DNA of 32,000 bases. Source: Candidatus Saccharimonadota bacterium. Lineage in GTDB: Bacteria > Patescibacteriota > Saccharimonadia > Saccharimonadales > UBA4665. The DNA lies in NCBI GenBank assembly GCA_002952755.1, contig CP025011.1, forward strand, positions 510,001-542,000, written 5' to 3'. Below are positions 23,541 to 30,712 of the stretch, one piece after another (the stretch's first letter is position 1; each line of letters opens with the position of its first letter). The notes under the pieces are model-generated. The model searched no databases. It worked only from the letters and a program-made list of their open reading frames with translations, and had not been told where the DNA came from. The position numbers and the translations under genes are program-made.

Positions 23541-23810
23541 ATGTGCAGAAACATCAAGACATTATTCAATTTTGAACCATCGGCTACGCCGGAAGAAATA
23601 AGGGATGCGTCGCTCCAGTTTGTGCGTAAGCTTTCTGGCTTTACTCACCCTTCACAAACCAACGAAGCAGCATTTAACCGGGCAATCGACGAAGTGGCGC
23701 ATGCCGCTCAACATTTGCTGAACTCACTCCAAACAGCCGCCAAGCCACGCGACCGCGAAACTGAAGCACTGCGCGCCCAAGCCCGATCGGCTGCCAGATT
23801 TGCCCGTTAA
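23541..23810 (+). CDS. DUF2277-family small protein
   Basis: From memory, the N-terminus MCRNIKTLFNFEP...EEIRDASLQFVRKLSG is characteristic of DUF2277. Confidence 0.7.
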   Translation: MCRNIKTLFNFEPSATPEEIRDASLQFVRKLSGFTHPSQTNEAAFNRAIDEVAHAAQHLLNSLQTAAKPRDRETEALRAQARSAARFAR

Positions 23811-23850
23811 AAATACCAGCTCCGTTTTATGATTTGCGGCAAGGTTAGGG

Positions 23851-23856
23851 TATAGT
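23851..23856 (+). promoter_or_regulatory. -10 hexamer for 23863..24507, leaderless spacing
   Basis: TATAGT-6 nt-ATG 23863. Confidence 0.45.
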
Positions 23857-23862
23857 GCCTGC

Positions 23863-24507
23863 ATGCCTTTAACGATTGCCGAAGGACTCCCCGCCGAGTG
23901 GGCAGAGTCCACTATAGTACGCCACTTTGCCGATCCTTATTCTAATAAGGCACTTGCTGAGTCACGCCAGGATTGGATAGACCTTGATCCAGTTGCTTTA
24001 GACCAAGAGTCGGAAGCAGAGGACGAACGTTATCATTTTGAAGAGTTAGACAGGGGCGTTGATGTAGCGGAGCTGGATTATCCTGAGGCACACAACTTGT
24101 TCTTCGAGTCGATGCGGCGCTTACTACGCCCGGAAGAACTGCAAAGTGCAACCGTAACATTTATACAAATGCAATCAGTTTTGCGCAGAGGGGATACGCG
24201 TACCCAGGATGCTAACCATATCGACGGTTCTTTCTCCGACCCCAGAAGCGCTAATCCTCGCTTGCGTTTAACAGGCATTGCTTGCAATATTTTGCCGACT
24301 GTCGTCGTTCAGGGAGGGTACAAACGGTCGGATTTCCACTACCTGGGGGATGATTATTTCTATCTACCATCCGAGCGGCATAGGCATAGCGAAGAAACAA
24401 TCCCCATTGGCAGGCTAGTGCTGCTTGGGCCGGCTGCCGTGCATCGTGCACAACCGGCAACCGAGGATGTGACGCGGCGATTTTTGCGATGGTCGCTGTA
24501 TATTTAG
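23863..24507 (+). CDS. Hypothetical protein, possibly Fe(II)/2-oxoglutarate oxygenase-like
   Basis: ORF with TATAGT 6 nt upstream of its ATG. It contains NHIDG ... AAVHRAQP ... RWS, a spacing pattern resembling HxD...H...RxS. This is weak evidence. Confidence 0.45.
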   Translation: MPLTIAEGLPAEWAESTIVRHFADPYSNKALAESRQDWIDLDPVALDQESEAEDERYHFEELDRGVDVAELDYPEAHNLFFESMRRLLRPEELQSATVTFIQMQSVLRRGDTRTQDANHIDGSFSDPRSANPRLRLTGIACNILPTVVVQGGYKRSDFHYLGDDYFYLPSERHRHSEETIPIGRLVLLGPAAVHRAQPATEDVTRRFLRWSLYI

Positions 24508-24549
24508 TGTAAAAAATGACTTGAGCAGATCTCGTCTAGTGGCATAGCG

Positions 24550-24945
24550 CTACGATTGGCTACCTTCAATAATCGACAGAATATTACCGGCCGGATCTTT
24601 GAACCAAGCAATGCTCGGGCTGGGATGCTCATTATTACCGCGCGCAATGCCCTTTTTGTCTTGATACATACCCTCGTAGTGCTCGAAACTAACGCCGCGG
24701 CTCGTTAGCTCATCTACCGCTTTGTCGATATCTGCAACTACAAGGTTGAGCATGGTATAGCTGGCCGGTTGGTGATTCTCTTTGGGATACATAAATAATT
24801 TGCCTCCGCCGGGCAGCCTGAAGCTAACGCCCATGGTGTCGTCATCCACCTTGAGGCCCAAGGTTTTGGTGTAGAATTCTTTATTTTTGGCAAGATCGTC
24901 TACTGAAAATCCGCTAAATGCTGCTACTGGTTCGAACATAATCAT
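24550..24945 (-). CDS. VOC (glyoxalase/bleomycin-resistance/dioxygenase) family protein
   Basis: 131-aa protein with VOC-like N-terminus FSVDDLAKNKEFYTKTLGLKV and C-terminus WFKDPAGNILSI. Confidence 0.85.
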   Translation of the reverse strand: MIMFEPVAAFSGFSVDDLAKNKEFYTKTLGLKVDDDTMGVSFRLPGGGKLFMYPKENHQPASYTMLNLVVADIDKAVDELTSRGVSFEHYEGMYQDKKGIARGNNEHPSPSIAWFKDPAGNILSIIEGSQS

Positions 24946-25053
24946 CTTTCCTTACTTTACAAACATAAGTATAACCGTTCGTGCTCTATTTTCGACATGA
25001 GCCTATGTGCGGGCAGTATACTAGGGAAGTAAAACAATGAGGGACGATGAAAT

Positions 25054-25293
25054 ATGGTAACAACAATTGGCTTTTTGGATCTCGGCGCACCAGAACTACT
25101 CATTATTCTGGCAATCGCACTGTTGCTTTTTGGTAGCAAAAGACTCCCCGAATTATCGAAGAGTCTTGGCCAGTCTATCGGCGAAGTCAAAAAAGGTGTC
25201 GCCAGCGCGACTGACCTTAAGAGTGAGATAAAAACGCAGGCTGTGCAAACAAAGCAGGCGTTGTACGACGATAAATCAAATGAGGTGCGTTAG
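25054..25293 (+). CDS. tatA: Twin-arginine translocase subunit TatA/E
   Basis: LGAPELLIILAIALLLFGSKRLPELSKSLGQSIGEVKKG is the canonical TatA TM helix plus amphipathic helix. Confidence 0.85.
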   Translation: MVTTIGFLDLGAPELLIILAIALLLFGSKRLPELSKSLGQSIGEVKKGVASATDLKSEIKTQAVQTKQALYDDKSNEVR

Positions 25294-25323
25294 TTTTTAT
25301 ACAGTACTTAGTTTTCGGTTGCG

Positions 25324-26115
25324 CTAGTACAAATGGATGGTGGCAAAGTTGCTGGATGCGCCGCTTGGCGCCGTGTTTGGACTCTGGGTTGGGGCGATCG
25401 ATGCGTTTGGTGGTGGGCTAGTCGTCTCGAATGGAGTAGGGCTAGGCTGTGTAGTGACGAATGTCGTTGGGTCAGTAGTGGGCGTGGTCGCACTAAGCAT
25501 AGGCGGACTTTCACTAACCGTGAGGCTGATGGTAGGGTTGGATGATGGTAGTGAGGTGGGGCCGGGGGCTGAGCTCATGGAAGTCGTTGAGCGACTTGCT
25601 GTGCGCGACGATTGTGGACTGGGGTGGCTGCTATGAGAGCTGGAGGACGATTTCTGACTGGTGCTGGTAGGGGAAATCTGGCGCTCGCCAGTGGTGCTTG
25701 GGCTGACGACTATGGTTGGTCTGTCCTGGCGAGGAGATGGCCCATACATCCATATTGTAGTCACTGCTAGCGCACCTATCGCAAACTCTGCGCCTAGTCC
25801 CCAGTATAATCGACGATCGCCAAATATTTCCCCTGTAAGGGTGGTAGTCTGAGGCTCGGGTGCTTGCGCTCTACTTCTTAGAGGTATTACAGGATTGAGT
25901 GTTTGGGTTGGTATTTGATTTTCGGAATCATGTAACGTTGGTTCATCGGGCTGTTCTTCGTAGGGCACTGTAGGGGGTTCGGGCCGATAGAGGTGTCCGA
26001 AGCGGATTCGCGCTATATCACCATCCCGATCCCGCTGTTCTGCCGCATTTAACCCCATCTGTGGGATTCGTACCGTAGGGGCATAGGGAGAAGGTCTAGA
26101 ATGTCGTCCTGCCAT
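25324..26115 (-). CDS. Single-pass membrane protein with a Ser/Thr/Pro-rich extracytoplasmic tail
   Basis: GAGGAGGGAG SD upstream, central TM helix (LGAEFAIGALAVTTIWMY), and about 130 aa of low-complexity S/T/P sequence. Confidence 0.6.
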   Translation of the reverse strand: MAGRHSRPSPYAPTVRIPQMGLNAAEQRDRDGDIARIRFGHLYRPEPPTVPYEEQPDEPTLHDSENQIPTQTLNPVIPLRSRAQAPEPQTTTLTGEIFGDRRLYWGLGAEFAIGALAVTTIWMYGPSPRQDRPTIVVSPSTTGERQISPTSTSQKSSSSSHSSHPSPQSSRTASRSTTSMSSAPGPTSLPSSNPTISLTVSESPPMLSATTPTTDPTTFVTTQPSPTPFETTSPPPNASIAPTQSPNTAPSGASSNFATIHLY

Positions 26116-26193
26116 CTACTCCCTCCTCGATATTGAAGGTTGTATAAAACGGCTTACGAGTAGCCGCCCCATGCTTGTTGTATTCCCGAGAAA

Positions 26194-26221
26194 TAAAAAA
26201 CCGCCTATTAGCATCGGGCGG
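26194..26221 (-). terminator. Possible intrinsic terminator (minus strand)
   Basis: The minus strand reads CCGCC-cgatgctaata-GGCGG followed by TTTTTTATTT. The stem is only 5 bp. Confidence 0.4.
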
Positions 26222-26507
26222 ATTACTTACTTGGACTATGGCATTTTGGAAGAAGGGGAGTTGTGTTGGTTGTTTGTCGTTGGGGCTAGATGGTAAGTCG
26301 AAGGTTTTTATTACCTGTGACTCAACTAGTTGAGGTGTCGGTTTAATATCTTACCTCCATTTGTTTGGCCCACTGATAGCTCTTCGGCATACAAGCAGTA
26401 GTGAGCGTTATCCAGTACTTACACGTTTGAGCATATGCTAGAATTTGCATAACTCACTATAGTGTACCATATTGCCTGCGACAGGCGTATATAGCGTCCG
26501 CCGTCTC

Positions 26508-27773
26508 CTAGGAGCAGCCACTGCTGACTGGTCCGGCAGTTCCGTATATGGATTGATCGCCCAGGTCGATGATCTTAACAGTGATGCTGTAGCTGTCGCC
26601 GCCATTTAAGTGTGGCATACGGATATACGAAGTGTCGCTGTCACTGCCTGGTCCGGTGAAACTTTCGCTGTTAATTGAATAGAGCGTGGCACCCCCCGAC
26701 GATCCACTGGTTATGGTGTATACCGCCTGCACACTACCACTGGAATTAACGCTAAAAGGTACATGCAGTGTCATTGAGCATTCGTTTGTGAAGATGCCGT
26801 CTTGCACTTGATTGACTCCGAGCGTCCCAGGTGTAATTTGAGTCATATATGAGGGTTGACTGGCGGTAAGCAAGGCTTGTGGTGCCGCGCAAGTGCCGAG
26901 GGTGACTGGCCCGGCGGTTGCCGTTATTGAGCCGTTACTCGAATTGGTAACGACGGCGTAGGCCCGGTAAGAGTCACCCGATTCCAGTCCTTGTAAGCCG
27001 GTTGCGTATGTATCTGTCTGGCTGCCCGCTGCGCTGAAGCTATAGTTATCCGGGTTATTGATGAAGCTCGAGGTGCGATTGCTGAGTACTTTCCATACAA
27101 CCTGCACATTGCCAGTGCCGTCAGTGGTAAAAGTAGCGCTAGTATTTAGAGTGCAGCTTGTGCTGTTACGCGGGCTTGTGGTGGCCGAAAAATTGCTGAT
27201 GGAAAGCTGCGTCATCGGCCCGGGGGGCGGCGGTGTGGTGCCTCCGCCCGTTCCGCCACCACTACCACCGGAGCCGCCCCCGCCGCTTCCTGATGACGAT
27301 CCGCCGCTACTTGTGCCGCCACTCCCAGAACCACTGCCCGAGGAGGTCTTAGTCGTGCTGGAATTCTGTTGCTGCGCGGTTTTTTGCAAACTCTGCACCT
27401 GTGATGACGCAGCAGCGCCTGCATTGCTGCTAATAGACTTCAACAGGCTAAGCGCTTCACTCGTCCTGTGCTCTTTAAGCAATTGTTGCGCTTTGGCAAG
27501 CTTGGCAGCGGTATCTACGAGCGCCTTATTGTGTGCCGACTCGACATTAAGCTGATGTGTAATGTGCGGAAACACTAACACCTTTGGTGCATGCGCAAGA
27601 GTGGTTGTTGCTTGGGTGATTTTGCCTGTGGAGTCTTGCCTTTGTGCCATATGCAGCGCATGGACCGCCCGGACATTTTGCCATCCTACCAGCGACGCCA
27701 CTATGATAATTAACAAAGCGGCGGCCGCCAAGTAGAGTACAACAGGTTTTTGTTTGAGTTTTAGCGTAAGCAT
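26508..27773 (-). CDS. Secreted or anchored protein: N-terminal TM, helical region, Gly/Ser linker, two paralogous Cys-bracketed domains
   Basis: 421-aa ORF. The internal duplication is visible in shared motifs (MTQ..., C.(M/L)T/N, G.VQ.V, GDSY, TAGPV..G.C). Confidence 0.65.
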   Translation of the reverse strand: MLTLKLKQKPVVLYLAAAALLIIIVASLVGWQNVRAVHALHMAQRQDSTGKITQATTTLAHAPKVLVFPHITHQLNVESAHNKALVDTAAKLAKAQQLLKEHRTSEALSLLKSISSNAGAAASSQVQSLQKTAQQQNSSTTKTSSGSGSGSGGTSSGGSSSGSGGGGSGGSGGGTGGGTTPPPPGPMTQLSISNFSATTSPRNSTSCTLNTSATFTTDGTGNVQVVWKVLSNRTSSFINNPDNYSFSAAGSQTDTYATGLQGLESGDSYRAYAVVTNSSNGSITATAGPVTLGTCAAPQALLTASQPSYMTQITPGTLGVNQVQDGIFTNECSMTLHVPFSVNSSGSVQAVYTITSGSSGGATLYSINSESFTGPGSDSDTSYIRMPHLNGGDSYSITVKIIDLGDQSIYGTAGPVSSGCS

Positions 27774-27876
27774 TTTTTCACAGAAAGTATAGCACAGGGT
27801 GATGCTAAACCCCGAAAGACTGTCTCCTTGCTTTCACACTATCATCCCGGACCTATTCTCATCGGCTCTACATGCT

Positions 27877-27909
27877 CTGGATTCGGGGTCAAGTCTGGGA
27901 CGACAAAAA
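27877..27909 (-). repeat. 33-nt post-stop repeat, copy B
   Basis: The minus strand reads TTTTTGTCGTCCCAGACTTGACCCCGAATCCAG, identical to copy A at 26 of 33 positions. It lies 30 nt after the minus-strand HAD stop (27939). Confidence 0.45.
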
Positions 27910-27938
27910 TGAAGGCGGATACCTGAAGAGGTTAGTGA

Positions 27939-28586
27939 TTAGGCCGTATTATACTGGCTAATCAAGCCGGGCAATTGGTCTAAACTTTCAATTGTAAATA
28001 AACACTGTTCAGCGGCTGGCGTGTCTAAGATATGTCCCCATGGACCCCGGCGAATCAGCGCGGTTTGAAGACCCACCTCTTGCGCGGGAGCAATGTCATT
28101 GTCCAAACGGTCGCCTACATACAGGATCTCTTGCGCGGGAACGTTCATTTCGGTTATGAGGCGATCGAAAAAGTCGGGAGAGGGCTTAACTACTCCCCAA
28201 TCATCAGACGTCGCGATACTCTCTACCGGGAGTTCAAAACTACGTAAGATGCTTCCCGCGCGTGCCGTTTGGTTACCCGCAATGTTAACTCTGAGCCCCA
28301 TCGAACCGAGGGCATGTATCGCTCGCAACGCGTCGGGATACATGTCGTCCATAGTGAACGTTTCGGGGTGGCCGGCATCCGCCCGCCTTTGGCGCTCTTC
28401 ATCAAGGTTAAACCCTGGCCGAAAGACCTGAAAAGTATCCCGGTAGTCGCCGCCGCGGGCAATGACTGCGCCAAACATCGCCGAGAAAGTATGTCTCGGC
28501 ACGTCCAGCCAGTCAGCCCAGGTGCCGTACTCCCGCGTTTCGTCAATCAGGGTTTCGCCAACGTCAAAACTAACTACTTTAATCAT
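27939..28586 (-). CDS. HAD-superfamily hydrolase (subfamily IA-like)
   Basis: Motif I FDVGETL (second Asp replaced by Gly), motif III KP, motif IV VGDRLDND. Confidence 0.85.
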   Translation of the reverse strand: MIKVVSFDVGETLIDETREYGTWADWLDVPRHTFSAMFGAVIARGGDYRDTFQVFRPGFNLDEERQRRADAGHPETFTMDDMYPDALRAIHALGSMGLRVNIAGNQTARAGSILRSFELPVESIATSDDWGVVKPSPDFFDRLITEMNVPAQEILYVGDRLDNDIAPAQEVGLQTALIRRGPWGHILDTPAAEQCLFTIESLDQLPGLISQYNTA

Positions 28587-28593
28587 GAAGCGT

Positions 28594-28599
28594 AGTATA
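28594..28599 (-). promoter_or_regulatory. -10 hexamer for the HAD hydrolase, leaderless spacing
   Basis: TATACT-7 nt-ATG 28586. Confidence 0.45.
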
Positions 28600-28639
28600 G
28601 CTTTTTAGCTACTGCTCTACTAGCTAGTTTTCGGAGTTC

Positions 28640-29194
28640 TTAAGACGCAAAACGGAAGCACTCTGGAGCATGGTCATTCATCATACCTACGGCCTGCATA
28701 AACGAATAGCAAGTGGTGGGCCCTACGAAGCGGAATCCGTCTTTCTGCAATCCTTTGCTCATCTGTTTGCTAACTATAACGGCTTGCTCCTGCGTGGCTT
28801 GGGTGAGGCTCTGGCTGCCAATGTAGCTCCAAAGGTACGCATCTAGACTGCCATATTTATTCTGGACGGCTAGCGTTGCCTTGGCGTTTTCAATGAAGGC
28901 ATTAATTTTGAGACGATTGCGCACGATGCCCGCATCTTGCAAAAGTGCCTCGCGCTTCGTTTGATCGTACCGGGCGATCTTAGTTGGATCGAAGTTGTCG
29001 AATGCAGCCCGATAGTTACTACGCTTAGATAGAATGGTGAGCCAGCTGAGTCCTGCTTGCGCTCCTTCCAGATTCAACATTTCAAAGAGGCGCTGGTCGT
29101 CATGCACTGGCACACCCCATTCTTCGTCGTGATATTTTCGAAGCTGTTCGTTTGTTTCAGCCCATGGGCAGCGGATGACATTTGAGCTAAGCAT
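28640..29194 (-). CDS. tag: DNA-3-methyladenine glycosylase I
   Basis: RCPWAETNEQLRKYHDEEWGVPVHDD...EGAQAGLSW matches Tag. Start is ATG 29194 (TATAGT 7 nt upstream) or GTG 29203 as in the track. Confidence 0.9.
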   Translation of the reverse strand: MLSSNVIRCPWAETNEQLRKYHDEEWGVPVHDDQRLFEMLNLEGAQAGLSWLTILSKRSNYRAAFDNFDPTKIARYDQTKREALLQDAGIVRNRLKINAFIENAKATLAVQNKYGSLDAYLWSYIGSQSLTQATQEQAVIVSKQMSKGLQKDGFRFVGPTTCYSFMQAVGMMNDHAPECFRFAS

Positions 29195-29201
29195 ATACGG
29201 C

Positions 29202-29207
29202 ACTATA
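29202..29207 (-). promoter_or_regulatory. -10 hexamer for tag, leaderless spacing
   Basis: TATAGT-7 nt-ATG 29194. Confidence 0.35.
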
Positions 29208-29210
29208 CAT

Positions 29211-29996
29211 TTAATCGCGCTGCCCTTCCAGAGTATTTGCTGCGAAATCGGCGATACGCGAGTAGATAAGCAAGTCCCTTGGCTGCGAACTCTCTCTTAC
29301 CCGAAAGCCGCTGCTCGCAAGGTTGGATGATTTAATCTGAACGTGGGCAAACCCTCCCGTTTTCCGTATGTCTAACTCGCACTGTTGGCCGAAATACAAT
29401 TCGTCTGGATCTGTGGCTGAGAGTGATACGGTGACATTAGTGGCTGATAGCTCGACTGCCCGAGTCGGCTGATTGAACGCTATGCCGGTGCATAGGCCGC
29501 CGGACTTACGGCCATGCCAATATAATTTTCCCGCTGTTTCTTGGGTCGACTCAGGGATGGCCACATCAAAATGTTGCGCCGTATTTGCAATTTTGGATAC
29601 CCGCGCAAGCCTCCCCAGCGAATTAGCCAGTACATAGAGTTGGATGCCTAGATCAGCAATTCCTTGGCGTGTCCTGTCGGGGGCCAAGGATTCAAGCGAT
29701 TTAGACCAGAATGTTTCATTCTTTCCGCTCTGAGCATCAAAAGCCGGTTCCGACGTTAGAGCTGTGAGCGCGTCGCCACGTAGTGTGGCGTGCATGGCAC
29801 TTATGCCCACACACGCAATGCTCCTTAGAACAGGATAACCGCGTTTGATATTGGCGATACTCTCATCAAGCGTCCTGAAGTGAGCGAGGCTATCACCCAT
29901 AAAGGGGATCTTTATAAATGAGGCTGGTCCGTTAGTTGCATGGTTGATATACACGCATGTATGGTAACACCCATTTGGGCGCTGTAATTTGTGCAA
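29211..29996 (-). CDS. Hypothetical protein upstream of tag
   Basis: Long ORF ending 8-17 nt upstream of the two candidate tag starts. The track start is TTG 29996; an internal ATG at 29900 is an alternative. No motif recognised. Confidence 0.5.
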   Translation of the reverse strand: MHKLQRPNGCYHTCVYINHATNGPASFIKIPFMGDSLAHFRTLDESIANIKRGYPVLRSIACVGISAMHATLRGDALTALTSEPAFDAQSGKNETFWSKSLESLAPDRTRQGIADLGIQLYVLANSLGRLARVSKIANTAQHFDVAIPESTQETAGKLYWHGRKSGGLCTGIAFNQPTRAVELSATNVTVSLSATDPDELYFGQQCELDIRKTGGFAHVQIKSSNLASSGFRVRESSQPRDLLIYSRIADFAANTLEGQRD

Positions 29997-30149
29997 AGAT
30001 GTTTGATGTGATCCATAGGCCTACATAAACGGAATATGTAGAAGTTGTGTACTTTTGGCTTGGGCAAAGAATCGAGTTATCCAACGTAGCGATGGCCTCT
30101 GTTAGGAGGGAGCCGTAAGAGACAGTCTGTCGTGAATTGCTTTTTATTT

Positions 30150-30593
30150 TTATACTTGCTGCTTGGCCAGTGCTGCAGTTTGGGCAACGACGCGCGCGTG
30201 GACTTCCCGGGCAAAGGCTGCCTTGTCGGCTTTGGCCTTTTTGAGATCATCTAAGCGTTCCTCGGGGATCGGCACGGTGGCATGCTTTTCGCTCCAGAGA
30301 ATAATTTCGATAAAAAGCGGAATGAGGTCGATAGTCATGTCGGTGAGAACGTAGATGTATTTCGTTTTGTTAGCAGGATCACGGAATTTTCGTACAAAAC
30401 CTCTGTCTTCGAGCGTGGCGAGACGATTCGCGAGAATGTTCGTTGCGATCTTTTCATCCGAGGCCATAAAGTCGCCATATGATTTTTTATGTGCAAAGAG
30501 CATGTCACGAATAATAAGCATGCTCCATCTATCGCCGGCGAGCTCAAGGAAGTAGTTGATTGGACAGTCTGACCGTAGATTGCATATATCCAT
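30150..30593 (-). CDS. HxlR-family winged-helix transcription regulator
   Basis: CPINYFLELAGDRWSMLIIRDM...YGDF...IATNILANRLATLEDRGFV is the HxlR signature. Start trimmed to ATG 30593 (TATACT 6 nt upstream). Confidence 0.85.
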   Translation of the reverse strand: MDICNLRSDCPINYFLELAGDRWSMLIIRDMLFAHKKSYGDFMASDEKIATNILANRLATLEDRGFVRKFRDPANKTKYIYVLTDMTIDLIPLFIEIILWSEKHATVPIPEERLDDLKKAKADKAAFAREVHARVVAQTAALAKQQV

Positions 30594-30599
30594 ATAAAC

Positions 30600-30605
30600 A
30601 GTATA
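30600..30605 (-). promoter_or_regulatory. -10 hexamer for the HxlR regulator, leaderless spacing
   Basis: TATACT-6 nt-ATG 30593. Confidence 0.45.
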
Positions 30606-30611
30606 ACAAAA

Positions 30612-30657
30612 ACACTTGCAAAATAAAAGTGATATGATACACTTGTAAAGTAAAAGT
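30612..30657. promoter_or_regulatory. Tandem 19-bp operator-like repeats in the HxlR/MFS divergent intergenic region
   Basis: ACACTTGCAAAATAAAAGT (30612-30630) and ACACTTGTAAAGTAAAAGT (30639-30657) are identical at 17 of 19 positions with a 27-bp period. The first contains the dyad CACTT-N9-AAGTG. Confidence 0.5.
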
Positions 30658-30712
30658 AATAACAATTTATAAAAGCCTGCAAGAAAAAGAATAGGCGAGA
30701 GGTACTAATGCG

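Noticed and set aside
26452-26462. An 11-nt match (ACTCACTATAG) to the 3' part of the phage T7 class III promoter
   Set aside because: The upstream specificity region of a T7-type promoter is missing and no phage-type RNA polymerase or phage genes are in the window. The match is explained by a local palindrome (CACTATAGTG) containing a TATAGT -10-like hexamer. It is most likely coincidence.
27228-27345. A GC-rich, quasi-repetitive DNA tract (GGn/GCC repeats) that could be taken for a tandem repeat or CRISPR-like array
   Set aside because: It lies inside ORF 26508..27773 and encodes the Gly/Ser/Pro linker. There are no regular repeat-spacer units. The antisense ORFs 27058..27555 and 27212..27424 are shadows.
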